Origin: the human T2T-CHM13v2.0 reference genome, Homo sapiens
Length of the DNA: 64,000 bases
Direction: 5' to 3' (one strand)
NCBI RefSeq assembly: GCF_009914755.1
Contig: NC_060931.1
Shown here: in pieces, positions 1 through 15,069 of the stretch
Layout: the number at the start of each line of letters is the position of its first letter
How positions within the stretch are numbered: the first letter of the stretch is position 1
Program-made: the position numbers and the translations under genes
Notes under the pieces: generated by a model
Database searches by the model: none
Seen by the model: the letters and a program-made list of their open reading frames with translations, nothing else
Told to the model about the DNA's origin: nothing

Positions 1-984
1 TCCTTGTAAAAGGCTCCTTTGTCCCTTCAGTCATAATAATAATGATGATAAAATAGCAACTAGCATTTATAGAAGATTTGTCACCTGTCTGGCAGTGTGC
101 TAATATCTTAATTTTTTGGCCTCTATTCTGCCTCTCTTTAATTTGAAGGTTAAGCCTGAACTATGATTTTAAGAATGTTCTTGATAGCCAGTTGCTTTTG
201 GCAGAGAAAACTAATATCTAGAGAGAGTGGGTTACAGAAACTCCCATGCATTCTCTCTGTTTGTTTTTGGAAGAGTAATAGCCTCCCTGCTCACAAGGTT
301 TTGCCTGAAGAATTTCATGTTCATGATTGTGTTGCATACCTCATCAGGGTTACTCAAGCTCAGCTCAGTTCTTGAATATTATGCATAAGAAAACAGCAAG
401 GCCAGCCAGGTTGATTGGTTCTGCTACTCTGAAGCCAGATAGCAGGGTCAGGAATTGTTGCTGAGGGGATAAGGAAGTAGAATTCTAGGATCTGGGGTCC
501 TAGAAATCAGGAAAGGAAAGTATTTCATGGTGATTGTTCTGAGAGACCCACCAAGCTTTTGTAGTATTCTGGCTTGGACCAGGAAGTCATGTTCACCTAC
601 TCTCCCCCTGGAGTTATTGGATTCTTAGTGCTTCTACCTATTCGTATTTGGAGTCACCTTCTTTAGTTAGAGAAGACTGAAAGTAATTGAACCCCCAAGG
701 AATCAGACACCAGATCCTTGCTGCTGTTATCTCTGACACTTTCATCCAAAGACTAAGGAGCTGCCCAATTCACAGAAGCCATAATACCCTTTTGATTTTT
801 GGTTCAGCATGTGAATGTCCTTTTAAGTCCCAGATTTCATTGCTATAAATATTTGGTTATTACATATTACAACCATATAGGGGCCTGAAACATTAGACAA
901 AGGTAGAGAATGTATGTGAGCAGCTTCACACACACACACAAAAAAGTAAAACAGTAGCTCATACTCAAGGGCAGATGTGGTTAC

Positions 985-1180
985 AAGGGCTTTAAATACA
1001 TTAACTCATTCAGTTTTCTTCATAACATTATGAGGTAGGTTCTATCATTATTCCCATTTTACATATGTAGAAACTGAAGCATAGAGAAATGAAACAAGGT
1101 CGCAGAACCACATGTGGCAGGGGCAGGACTCAAACCCAGGAAATCTGGTTCTACCAGCTGTGTTCTTAACCACTACACAG
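985..1180 (-). mobile_element. MIR SINE
   Basis: Reverse complement of MIR core: tgaggtaggt..attcccattttaca..gaaactgaagc..ggactcaaacccagg..tcttaaccactacac. Confidence 0.85.
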
Positions 1181-2339
1181 AAAGTTATATTTAAATTTAT
1201 GTATATAAATAATGTATAAATTTCACCTCACTCTTGTTTATGTAGAGTGTTTTCATAAGGTGGATTAGGTTAGATGTTCTGTAGTCTGCCACTTAGACAG
1301 AATATTAATATGTTATTAATATGTTGAAGTTTCACCAGGGTCAACTACCATGCTGTTTTGTAAATTAACTTGGTTGTGCTCTAGTCAAACTGCGTTGGGA
1401 AGTGAAAGGCTTTTCATTTTGGGTCTTCCTCATTTACTCACAGACAACGCCAGCTGTGTCCAAGTGGCTTATTTCTTAACTATAATTTAACAAACGCTGC
1501 TATATGATTACATCATTTTATTTAGAAAATTGAAATGTGGCAATACAGGCTCTTGGAGTACAAAAATAAAACAGGATCTGGTGATGTTTGGCAGCATAAT
1601 TTCAAGAAAATGCTCAAAAATATTCAGTGAGAAATATGTCAGGGTTATTCAGAAGCGTATGCCTATAAGGCCTTTCATGCTGTTATTTCCATGAAAAAAA
1701 CATGTTCTCGACACAAATGGCATCATTGTTTTTAGTTAAATTAAATGCCTGAGTAAAATAATTATGAACTGCTTCATTCCATTGTGTCTCATCCTAGCCA
1801 AGGGTGGTTACTCTTAATATTAAGCAATTTGTTATTTTCTAAGGGGTAGCTAGGCAGTGTTTAGCATGTATTAAGTTAAAGAAGTGTCATCACAAATACA
1901 AGGACAGGTATATTGGTATATAATTCTAGTTTATAAATTGAACATTAAATAACTGAATGTACATCTACATAAACAATTTGAATTAACCTTATTATGTTCC
2001 TCATTTCAAAGAAGAAATGTTATGTATGTTTATTATACCCATTAGTCTCACTTTGTAACATACCTCATGTTATGCCAAAAGGGTACTCAATTCATGATTG
2101 TGAATGATACCTCCTTTACAGAGATATAAAAATGACTCCTTTAGGATGCTACTTTGCCATGCATCTTTCATCAGAAACTGACATCCTCGTCCTTGATTTT
2201 GATGAAATTTCTCCTCATTGTATTCTTGGGTCACATGATAGTTGGAAATTGTTCATCAAGGGAAAGCAGAGTTGGAAAAAATAAGATGCAGAGATTTATC
2301 TAGGGCTGGATCCATCTGTAGAGCTATCATCAACATATT

Positions 2340-3400
2340 ATCCAGTTGGTTTTACCTTAATTAAAAAATTGATACATAAATAGATAAGAAACTTACAACA
2401 TTCAAGTCAAAAAGTTAATAAGACACCAATAAATTAAAACTAAAGAAAGTAAGTAAAAATGATTATTAAGGTAAAGGTAGAGATTCATGTTTTAGAAAGC
2501 TACATTTTTCAAGTAAATCCAAGCACTGATTCTTTGGAAGAAAACAATAATATAGACAAATCATCAAGCTGGTTTTATCAAGAAATAATGAAAACAAACA
2601 CAGAGAGGCAACATTATAATGGCTATTTCTTACTTACCTCCTCAATATCTCTTCCTGGCAGCAGCCATGATTTTCATTTGATAAGCTACCCCCACCCTAC
2701 CAAGGGCTACTACCCAAACCTGGAGAAGAAACATGCAACTTAGACCTAAGCCAGTCAGCACCGCCCATAGTAACTGGATAATGTATAGCTACATAGCCCA
2801 TGCTGGCCCCAAGAGAATGACAGGACATTTGTTGGTACAAAAGCTCTTGCTTTTTTATACTTTATTTGAAACTAGAAATATCCAATCTTGGGAGATCCTG
2901 GCTGCTGTCTTAAGACATATTTGAGACTGTAGGCCAAAGAGAGGCAGTAGATATGAAAGCAGAAAAAATCGATTTTTCTATAACATATTTTGGGCCCCTA
3001 TATTCAATAATGCCTCAAGTGAGATCTAGTCATATTTTCAGCAATGCAAATAAATGAATTGCCACTTTTGCTCAAGCCAATTTGAGTGGGATTTTCTGTC
3101 AATTGAAACAAAAGCATCTTACTTGGTATATAAACTAAATTAGGAATCAGATGGGGTGACAACACCATAGGCTTAGAAGGATTTTTTTTTTTTAATTTTA
3201 AAAAAAGAACAAAATGAAGACAAGTTTGAAAATCTTGAAAAAATTGCTGTTTTCTTAGAAAAATAGCTTGCCTAAATAAACTCAAGAAAGAGCAAAAAAA
3301 TTTTTAAAATAGAAACAAGAGATTATAATCACTATAGCAATAAAAATGCTAGAAAAAATAATAAATTAGAGTCCTTTGACACCATTTTTCTTATTGTAGC
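2340..3400 (+). mobile_element. Ancient L1M ORF2 fragments, split by an MLT1 LTR at ~2615-3130
   Basis: A-rich sequence resembling L1 ORF2 (aaagaaagtaagtaaaaatgattattaaggtaaaggtagag..ttctttggaagaaaacaataatatagacaaa). Confidence 0.55.
2615..3130 (+). mobile_element. Old MaLR LTR (MLT1J/K/L-like)
   Basis: Typical MLT1 3' end: ttttgctcaagccaatttgagtgggattttctgtcaattgaaacaaaagcatcttact. Confidence 0.6.
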
Positions 3401-3941
3401 TTTATAATATGTTTTAATATGTGGAAATTTAAGGACATATTCATTTTAGTTTAGTTTTTAGTTTTTCTTTCAAAATATTTTTCTACTCTCCTTTTTCCCA
3501 TAAATTTCAGAATAAGCTTTTAAGTAGCATAGAAAATTATTTTTGATATTTTTGTGGGAATTACATTAAATTGATAAATTTAGCTAGAATACCTTTATAA
3601 TCTTTTCATAAAAGGTGTTATTAATAAGGCTCAGCAAGATATCCACATGTCCCCCCTTAAATTGCTCCCTATCCTTCAGAAATTAATCTCTAAACTTCCC
3701 TGTAGTATTTCTAGGGCCTTGGAAAAAGTGATTCTGTATTTCATTTCAAAAAATAAACAGGCAAAAATAGCCTAGAATACATACAAAAGAATAAAACAAG
3801 AGAGAATTTTAACATATAACATGTAGATATTAAAATATAAAATTCAAACTACTAAAGATTATTGTATCAGTGCAATAAAAACACTGTAAAAAAAAAAGAA
3901 AGATCCAATAATACAGCAATACTTAGTATATGACAATATGA

Positions 3942-4310
3942 ATGTGTGCTGGTCATTTGCCTTGCTGCTCACATATCCTTTCTTTGCCTTTCTACTGTCC
4001 ACTGTTGCTTCCCAATCTCCTGTGTCAGTTAGCGTCTGCTGGGGTTCCGAGTGGGGAGCAACTAGTAGAAAAAGATTGGAAAGGAAACGAAGAGCCAGGA
4101 GCCCCCTCTTTTCCTACTTCGACAACTTTTCTGGCAGGTCAGCAGCTTGGTCTCCTTCATGACCCAGGTCCTCCCAAGTGGTTCTTCTGGCTGTGGTCCC
4201 ATCTATCACTGAGCAACCCTCACTTTTTGGTTCTAACTCCCACCTGATGGCTCTGGCTTCTGAATTCTGAAAACATTTCCTGCTGCTGCCTCTTCTTTTT
4301 GATTCCTGGC
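3942..4310 (+). mobile_element. ERVL LTR fragment (LTR33-like)
   Basis: TG start, pyrimidine-rich block then ggggttccgagtggggagcaactagtagaaaaagattggaaagg, similar to the LTR33 layout. Confidence 0.45.
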
Positions 4311-4435
4311 TTGTAAATGGGGAAAATAAAAGTAACCAACTGAGATTATAGTGCGAATTTTAACCATTATCTGTACTTAAAATCCTTAGTCCAGAGTACA
4401 GCATATAGAAATCATTCAATAAATGCTATTATTAT
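4311..4435 (+). mobile_element. MIR 3' half
   Basis: tgtaaatggggaaaataaaagta..gcatatagaaatcattcaataaatgctattatta. Confidence 0.7.
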
Positions 4436-4448
4436 ATAAAGCCATGTT

Positions 4449-4450
<2 letters not shown>

Positions 4451-4496
<46 letters not shown>
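4451..4496. repeat. (AC)23 microsatellite
   Basis: Perfect dinucleotide run read directly. Confidence 0.98.
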
Positions 4497-4497
<1 letters not shown>

Positions 4498-6233
4498 AAC
4501 TTCTGAAATTCGAAAAAATGCCATGTAGAAATGTGATAAGCTTGGAGCAAAGTGCACATAACAAAGGGCTAATATTAACATTAAAATGTTATTGCCAAAC
4601 ATACGAAACCCAAACAACAGAAAATACAAGCATAAATTAGAAAAATGTTAAAAAGAATATAATTATTAATAAAGCAAAATCAGTAATAACTAAAATTGTG
4701 TAAGTTTAAACTATAAAACTTATTCTTTTACACAGAATTATTTATTTGGTGTGGAATAAAAAGAACAACGCTCTTTAGTGCTGGTCTGGGAATGTGAATA
4801 TAAGCCCTCTTATTCAAATCCATATAATTTTTCTAAAAGGGAAGTTGAGAAAATTGGATCAAGCTCAGAAAACATGTCAAGTTCTATGATATTACCCCAG
4901 AAAATATTCAAAGGTTCACATAAACATTACAGAGAGAAGGATGCATGTCACAAAGTTAGGTACATTAATGATGAATGTATAGTAGCTGATGCTCAAGGGT
5001 AAAAGATTGGTTAAGTAAATCATTTCACATTAAAAAAATGCAACTTTGCATATCTTATGTTGTTGATATAGAAGAATATCTATTGGCAAGATAAGATATT
5101 TTTAAAACTTATGTCATTAAAGTCTGGAAAAACATACACCAAAATGCAAACAGGTTTTATGAAGGGAGAATAGAATTAATAAACATTTAATTTTCCATGT
5201 TTCTTCTGTTTGCTATACTCTTTCTATTGAGTATAGGTTGTTTTTAAAGAAAGAAAATATATGTTAAAATTTAAATTTCAGGCTTCTAGCTTACTCTTAT
5301 TTTCCATAGTTTAAAAATAACCATTATAACTGAAGCATCTCTTTGTAAAATGAACTGATAGATATATAAAAATATTTCATCTAACAGTGAAGTACACCAA
5401 GTTTTTGCACCCAAACTCTCAGAATCGAAGGAGGGAGACCTCTAAAACCAACATAACTGTGGAGTGTTAAAACCCCAAAGCATTACTTTATCCTCAAAAC
5501 TATTTGAGTGGCTATCACATGGATGGGTAGTTCTAGAAATGAAAATTGGTTCGGAGAATCTCTGATCCAGGTGAATTTCTACTTATGCCATTTTTTGTGG
5601 ATTTTTTTTTGTTGTTGCCTCATTTCTCTTTTTTCTCCTATTTCTTTGCAAGCTCATATAAAAGCTTCATGTTACAGGGCTTCTCTTTCTGAGGGAATAA
5701 AGCTATAAACTTTCACAATGATCTGAACTAAGAAGAACTCAACATCTATTTCTTGGAGAGCCTTGGAAGACTTTTTGTCATTCTTTAACTCACCATTTAT
5801 CCTGTCTTTAACAGTTAAGCTCTTCTTTCTTGTTTATTTTTTTGTTGCTGCTGCTGTTGTTGAGGCATATTATGGGAATTTATTTGAATAAAGTGCAATC
5901 AAGTACTTCATTTCTTTACACAAATCTTCCCTGGCCTATTTTCCCCCATCAATTGCAGCTGTATACTCATTCAATTATTTTCCTTCCCTATTTTGTCCCT
6001 ATCTCCACTCCTAAGTGAGGCACCTTGGTTATGGCAATTTCCTATCCCACCTGCTGCCAAACATTTGGCTTTGATCTTTAATCTTTATTTGATAAACTAT
6101 TAGCTGGTGGGGTTTCTCTACCCTAAGCCTGCAGCACATTGATAGCTTTATCTTCATAACAGGGATGAAAACAAAGCAAAACAGTTCAATATTAGAATAT
6201 CTCAAAAATGGTACTTTTCTTGAGTTTAATTCA

Positions 6234-6510
6234 TTTTTTTTTTTCAGACAGGGTTTCATTCTGTTACCCAGGCTGGAGTATGATCACAGCTCACACAACT
6301 TTGAATTCCTGGCTCAATCAATCCTCTTTGCTTAGCTTCCCAAGTAGTTGGGACTACAGGCATGCGCCATCACACCTGGCTAATTTTTTTTTAGAGATAG
6401 GGTCTCATTATGCTGCCTAGACTGGTCCCAAACTCTTAGTCTCAAGAGATCCCCCAGCCTTCACCTCCCAAAGTGCTGGGCTTATAAGCATGAAGCCACT
6501 GCACCTGGCC
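6234..6510 (-). mobile_element. AluJ-type SINE
   Basis: Poly-T, dimeric Alu with J-type features (ggctcaatcaatcctc, gggtctcattatgctgcc); direct repeat taattca at 6227-6233 and 6511-6517. Confidence 0.93.
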
Positions 6511-6524
6511 TAATTCAATCATTT

Positions 6525-6645
6525 CTAAAGTTCCTTGAGGTCAGAGACTTTGCCTCTATCACCATTGTGATATTCATCAAAATACCGTATGTATGGCATA
6601 CAAAACTCAATACGTCTTTGTGCATGCATGTTTGGATGAATGAAA
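6525..6645 (+). mobile_element. L2 3' end fragment
   Basis: aagttccttgaggtcagagactttgcc..ctcaatac..ggatgaatgaa terminus. Confidence 0.6.
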
Positions 6646-7009
6646 GACAGAAGACACTCTTCTTGCTCTTATTCTTATGAGACTTACATACCATTTCTCC
6701 CAGCCTTTTCTCTGCCTACTCACAGTTCACACATGCAACACTCCCCTGCCTTTGAATTAGTGGGAGACATACGCTCCCACAAAACATTTTCTATACAATG
6801 TTGTGAGCATTTTGTTTCAGAAATAAATCTAGGCTATGGGAGCCCAGAAAATAGGCACTTAAGTTAGGTTGGTGATTCTGATAAAGTTCCCTGGTGTGGG
6901 GTGTGGGAAATGGTTGAGATGAATTTTGAAAGTGGTTGGGGAGTTAGTTTAAAAAGACAGTGGTTGATGCAGGAGTACAAACCCCAGTCTTCCAGGAGAA
7001 GGTTACGGT

Positions 7010-7375
7010 TACATGTAACCACTAATTTTCAGATCCCCATTCAAGGGCATAGGTCACATGCTCAGGAAGCCAGCACTGACAAAGAGGGATGTGTGCCTCA
7101 CCACAGGGTTTGAGAAGCGGGGTCCATGGCAACCAGGAGAGCCCAGCTGTGTGTGAAGGGGCAGCATGGTCCAGCCCCAGTGGGAGCACAGGCTCCATGC
7201 TGCCAGAACTTCTGATTTGCCAACAGAAGCTAGAAATTGAATGGTTGAAGTTGAACTCTCACAATTTAAAATTGTTTAACTCAATTAAAAACAAATTAAA
7301 ACATGTTTGACAGGCCAAAATGCAAGGCTGCAGGTCTAACCTGATGTGAGGGCCAGTGGTTCACCTTATTGATCC
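7010..7375. mobile_element. hAT-Charlie MITE (MER102-like)
   Basis: tgctgccagaacttctgattt..caggccaaaa..gctgcaggtctaacctg..gggccagtggttc resembles the MER102 body and end. Confidence 0.4.
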
Positions 7376-7589
7376 TAGGGGAATCTTCCAGCCAAAAATT
7401 ATGACGAACTCCGTTGAATGGACCATATCATTCGAGAATCATTTTCCAGTGTTTTTTGAAGCATTTTTAGTGTTGTGAAATAATAAAGATTTGGCACAAG
7501 ATTCATAATGTTCTCATATGTTCTCATTTCAGAATGCTCAGCAATGTTCTCATATTTAAAAAGATACTTCCTTTTTTATACTTTAGTGT

Positions 7590-7755
7590 AAAGGGTCTCA
7601 AAGAGTAAAGATGTTACTCATAGAGTCACCTGTGAAACTTTCAAAATATAGATAGCACAGAACCACTTCATCCCGATTGAATCAGAATCTGCAGGGTTGT
7701 GAAACTGAAATAGGTGCTTGGAAAAGATCTATGTGCACAACTGAGAACTACTACA
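7590..7755. mobile_element. MER5-type hAT MITE
   Basis: tagagtcacctgtgaaactttcaaaatatagat..gattgaatcagaatctgcaggg..ctgagaactact. Confidence 0.6.
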
Positions 7756-8861
7756 TTAATCTTTGGGAGGTTCTGTTGTGCTTTGCTACTAAAATCATGG
7801 ATAAGTATAAATATTTATATTGAGCTTCTAAGTAATATAGTAATAATGACTATTTTGCAGTTAATAAAAATTTCATATATGAAAGAAATAGCAATATAAA
7901 AATGAGGATTATATGACTAGAGTATTACTTTTAGAAAAAGAATGTAACAACCAATAGACAATTAAATGTTAACACACATATATGATGTAACACAATCATT
8001 ACATTTTATACATTAAAGTTATATCATATATTTGTGATATCAAGTGGGCAGTTAAAACAGAATGGGTTACCAAAAATACTGATTTTCTCCTCCACTCAAA
8101 ACCCAATTAATAGGAATAAGCATGGCTGATAAATATTTTATATCGCCTGCCTAGCTATAGGTGATGCATACTTTTTCTCAATAGAAAAGTTTCTAGATAT
8201 GCATAAATTACTGGAAAATAAGTTTAAGTATACTAAACTCAGTGAAATGCTGGGAATATTTTTCTTAATAAAGTAATAATTATTTGGCTTGTCAATTTTT
8301 TAAAGGCTTTTAGGAAATTATCCTTCTAGAAATCCTTTGGAACATTCTGGGAACAATTACAATCATATAACAATGAGTGCATTCAAACAAAATGGTATTG
8401 TTTGTTCACGATTACAAAGTTATGGCAACTTCTGAAAAACTACCTTTCTCTAAATGTTTTACAACTTTAGTTACCATAACAACATAACATTGGTACTTTA
8501 CTCTTGAAGAGAAAAATTGCTGTATTTTTATATTTTCCCTGAAGAAGCTTAAAACATGATAGGTGAAATGTCACACTTAATAATACCAAATTCAGTGCAA
8601 TGTAGAAAGACAGCTGAGAAAAAAGTAAATATCTGTGAAGTTCTATTAATCATTTCTGACCTTTTTTCTTTTTAGGTACTTCAACATGTTTTGCCAATAG
8701 TGCATTATATCTGAAAGTTGTAAAATTATTATACTTACTAGTAACTCTACATTTTTAACAATATGGTCTTAAATTCAAATAATTGTCATGTTGAATTATA
8801 ATTAAGAAAGGTGAAAAATTTAAATATGTATATTTATATATGTGTAATAATAAGTGTATAC

Positions 8862-8915
8862 TCTATCTATCTATCTATCTATCATCTATCATCTATCTAT
8901 CTGTCATCTGTCTAT
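8862..8915. repeat. Compound (TCTA)n/(TCTG)/TCA tetranucleotide STR
   Basis: tctatctatctatctatctatcatctatcatctatctatctgtcatctgtctat. Confidence 0.9.
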
Positions 8916-9086
8916 AGAGCTTGCCTTAAATGAAGCAAACATTCAAAAAGTTGAGGCCCACATGTCTCTCCCATTCAGAGTCAATCTTTTTCTACAGCTG
9001 AGTTACCTACCATTGCCTGTGAGGAAGAGAAAGTTGCTGGTCAAATGGCTAAGAACTTAAAGACCAAAGGATTATTTTAAAAATTA

Positions 9087-9502
9087 GGTTAAATGAAATA
9101 AATCAGACAGAAAGAAAAATACCCTAAGATGTGACTTACATGTGGAATCTAAAAAATTAAATACACAGAAACAGAGAACAGTGTTTGCCAAGGGCAGGAG
9201 GGAGGGTGAAGTGCAAGTTGAGGAAAAGTGAGTCAAAGGTATAAAGTTACAGTTACATAGGATGAATAAGTCTAGAGATTAATGTACAGCATGAGAACTA
9301 GAGTTAATAATACTGTATTATATACTGGAAATTTTCTAAAAGAGTAGATTTTAGGTGTTGCCATCATACAAAAAATTTAAAAAATCGTAACTATGTGAGG
9401 AAATGGATATGTAAATTAGCTTGACTGTAGTAATTGTTTTATTATGTATATGTGTATAAAACATCATTTTGTATATCTTAAATATATACATTTTTAATTT
9501 AC
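9087..9502 (+). mobile_element. L1MA (MA7-9-like) 3' UTR fragment
   Basis: tgtggaatctaaaaaa..ggatgaataagtctagagattaatgtacagcatgagaact..gtaactatgtgagg..tatcttaaatatatac; ttaggttaa on both flanks (possible TSD). Confidence 0.8.
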
Positions 9503-10229
9503 AATTTAGGTTAAGTATGTGTAAATGGAACTAGAAAAGCTAGAATGAAATAAGTGAGGACTAAAGAAATATTGAAATAAATAGAAACCAGGACCCAGAT
9601 CCCAGTCCCTCCTTTGGAAGTCCTGTATCACAATCCCTGTTAAAAACGTGAATCCCAGTGGCCACGTTGGCACTGTGTGATCCTGAATCTAGGGGCCAGG
9701 TATGAATATTCCCACCATTCATATTTAAATTCCCATTCATGTAATAACACAAATTCTTTGATGCCAATATTACTAAAAGAGCTTTCCATTTATGTTTCTA
9801 TGGGATCATTACCACTACTGAATGGTGAACTAGAGGAAGGTACAGGGGTCACTCTGGGTCAGTATTCCCCATCATGATTGCATACCATTGAGAGCCCCCA
9901 GGAAGAGAAATAGCTTCCTAAACAGCCACATTATGTATTTGAGAAGACAGCTTGAACTTGCTATTCTTCTCCTTGTAGGAGATAATCAGCATTGACTCCA
10001 GCTTGCCTCATATTCCAGATTATTACCATTGCCTACAGAAGTCTAAGCCTTCAGGCCACTTGCTGTCTCTAAGACAGCCCCATATATCTATTACCATGAC
10101 CACTAAGTCTCCACCTGAACCTCTCATCCCAAATTGTTTTTCTGTGTCCTCTGAGATTCAAGATCTGGGATCAGTCAACTCTATTATATATTCAACGTCT
10201 TCATTGAAAGTTCCCTTTGCCATCTTACT

Positions 10230-11087
10230 GTGAGCGAAACCTGACCACCTGTTCAGAGTACTGGTCTCCCTGTTGTACTCTGGAGTAAAGATTACTTTTT
10301 CTCACAACCTCTGTGTATTTTAGGACCAGGAGGTTAGTGTTCTTACTCTCTCCTGTTGCCTCCAAGACATTTATCTTGTTTCCTTTTTGAAAAACTAAAA
10401 CTTTTTCCATCAAGATATTATACTTGCTGCCCCTCCTTGGTACTATCAACTTATGACCTATCTGGTTGATTCTCCTATTTATTAGAGAATTTGCTCTCTG
10501 TCCTCCTCTTAGCCACGTTTTCATTCTTGGTAATTTGTCATCCATAAGGCTGAACCATCACTTTCTGTCTTGTCAGTTCCTCCACTTTTTCACTCCTAAC
10601 AACATTTTCCTTGTACTCCCATGATCACCCCCCTGGATCTCGAAATCACCAACATGGACTCCAAACACTCCACTGGCACTCAGCATCTCCCACCAGCCCT
10701 TCTTCTGTCATGTTTTTTATGCTTCACTGAGATCACTATAACTCACTTTCTTACCATCCAGTATGCTCGTCTTAAATTTCTCCTCACCTAGGTGTCATTG
10801 TACATTATTATGAACTCTCCCTTGCAAAATGCTTGTTCTTGTCTTTTTTCATACTTAACTGTCAAAATTATAATTCTGATTTAACCCAAATATCCTACAT
10901 CTCTATGCCTGAAGCTGAAGGAGAGTCAGAGGTGATGAATACCAGATGATACTAAAATCATATAACATATAGAATATCTGGTTTTACTTTATATTATTGA
11001 CCACATATCCCTACTGGACACTCAACAATATTAAAATTCTACTACCTTTCCTAGCATATTAACTTCCCTAATCCCAGGATAACTATT
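10230..11087 (+). mobile_element. L2 ORF2 endonuclease-region relic
   Basis: Decayed motifs ILG(D)F at ~10523 (attcttggtaatttg), QFL at ~10574 and (G)H(T)LDL.IT at ~10625. Confidence 0.65.
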
Positions 11088-11721
11088 TCTATTAGTATTC
11101 TATTGCTGCATAACAGATTACCACAAATGTCCTGGCTTAAAACAATACCAATTTACCATCTCACAATTCTGTAAGTCAGAAGTCTGAATGAGATGGGTTG
11201 GGTTCTTTGCTTAGGGTCTCTCAAGGCTGAAATCTAGATGATGGACAAGGCAGGCTCTTATCTGGAAGCTTGAGGGAAGGACACATTGCAAGATCATTCA
11301 GGTTGTGGTTAAATAAAATTCCTTGTGGTTGTAGAACTGAGATGCCTATTTCCTGGCTGGCTATCAACTGGGAGCCACTATCAGCTCCTACAGGTTTCCC
11401 TTGTTCCTTGGACCCGGGTTACCTGTATCTCCAAAGCCAGAAACAAGGCATAGAATCTCCCTCATGCTTCAAATCTCTGACTTCCTCTTCTGTTCACCAC
11501 CCTGAGAAAACTGCTTTGAAAGGGCCTCTGTGATTGGATTAGGCCCACTCAAATAATCTCCAGTTTGCCATATATTATACCATAATCACATGAATGATGC
11601 TTCAACGTATGTATGTTTCAGCCTTACTCTAAGGTGAAGTGATTGTACATGGGAGAGGGTCGGTGGGGGGTGGGCATGGGGAGCTTGGGGGGGTGTCACT
11701 CTTAGAATTCTGTCTACCACC
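11088..11721 (-). mobile_element. MaLR solo LTR (MLT1E-like)
   Basis: tattgctgcataacagattaccacaaa..ggcttaaaacaa..; ends cttagaattctgtctaccac, the reverse complement of the MLT1E start. Confidence 0.8.
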
Positions 11722-11899
11722 CCATGCCATACCTTCTCCTCTCTTTCAAACCTCACCCAACTCCCACACTCCATAACTTCACCAAGAAATGAGAAACTCT
11801 CAGGAGGGAATGCTTCCAGTAATACAAACTTTCCTGCACTGGTATCCATCATCTCTGACTGTCCTTCAGCAATTTTTTTTTTCAAAAAGACTAGCTCTG

Positions 11900-13518
<1,619 letters not shown>

Positions 13519-13519
13519 T

Positions 13520-14655
13520 GACTCTCAAAGGAGAATTTCTTCAAATGTTCTCTGTGTCTTATCATCTTGCACCTTCCTGTAAAGTTTGATCCTTCAGTCT
13601 TCCCCTACATCATCAATCACATGCTCTCTGCTGGTTCACTTATTTCAGCTTACACTCACGCTCTGGTATCTTCTATTTACAAGCAAGCTTTCAATGACCC
13701 CACTTTTTCTTCTAAGAACTACCTAATTCCCCTGCTGTCTTTGAAGGCAAAACCTAATGAATGAATTGTCTATACTTCAACACTCCTACACGCCACTGTG
13801 GACAATCAACTTCCTAGTCAATTTCCAGCCTTTCCTTTAAACTGTTCTTGTCAATTTATCAATGTGTCTATATTGCCAAATCCAATGTACACTTCTCAGT
13901 GCTCATATTACTGGACCTAGAAGAAGATTTCCGTACAGTTTTCTCATCCCTTCTCTTTGAAATAGCCTCCACTCTTGACTTTCTTGATGATCACTCTTCA
14001 GGTTTTCCTAGTTTTTCTTCTTTCTGCTTGTTACTTCTCTAACTAAACCCTAAATGTTGATGTGTCTTAGGGTCCCATCCTGGCCCCTTTTATTTCTTTC
14101 TTTGCTTTCTCCCCAGGTGATTATATCCAGTCGCATGGCTTTTAAAATATAATGTATATGCTGATGAGTGTCAAATTTACATTTTAACCCAACTTTCCTC
14201 AAAAACCTCCGTTTTATGTTTCCATCCACATTGTATAGTATCTTCACTTGAAGGGGTAATAGGCATCTCAAACATAATATATCTAAAAGAGAGCTATTGA
14301 TTTAACCTGTTCCCTTCACATAATATTACCCCACCCAACCAGTGGCTCAAAAAAAGAAAGAAGTAATTTTGGTTCATCTTCCCACCTCTGACATTTAAAT
14401 CATCTCCAAGCCTTGAAAACTAGATCTCAATTTGTTTCACTTCTTCCAGTTTTCACTGCCATCGTGCTGGTCAAAGCCACACAGTTTTAAGACAGTGACA
14501 GTCACTTCCTAAATTCATTCTTGTTCCTCTCAAATCCATTATTTAAATGACCATCAAAATAATTTTTAAAAATCAAATCAAATCACGTTACTTTCTACTT
14601 TTAAACTTTCCAATGGTTACTTATTATTTTTAGATTAAAATGCAAAAACTTTGAG
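13520..14655 (+). mobile_element. L2 ORF2 reverse-transcriptase relic and 3' region
   Basis: ORF 13848-14042 AKSNVHFSVLILLDLEEDFRTVFSSLL matches L2 RT (AKSNG.FSVLILLDLSAAFDTVDHSLL); gtgtcttagggtcccatcctggcccc corresponds to GVPQGS.LGP; atgctgatga corresponds to YADD. Confidence 0.85.
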
Positions 14656-15069
14656 GTCAGCATCTTCAAGAGAGAAGGCATCTTCTATCACCTAGAGTAA
14701 GAGAGAGAGCTACTGGGCCAAGGAGCTCTGCTGTAAATGCAGTATGGTTCCATACTCAAGTGGAAAAACCCTGTCCTCTCATTTCTCTGCCTTATAATGG
14801 GTTAGACATTAGAGTGACCTCATTAATGAAGGAGATCAGAGAATCTGGATTTGAGAGGCCAAGTGGGAAGAGGAATTGTCAGTGAACTTCAAGTGACAGC
14901 ATAAAAAGACCCTGGGACCCAGGTGGAGAAAGACACTGGACTCCTGTGTAGCTGAGTTCAGAAGCAGACCCGCCATTAGAAGAAGGGCTGGGAGCAAGGG
15001 AGTGGGGCTGATCCCAGCTCCTTATCCAAGTCCAGGCACTCCAGATTAAATACCCAGGGCCATTTTTTG

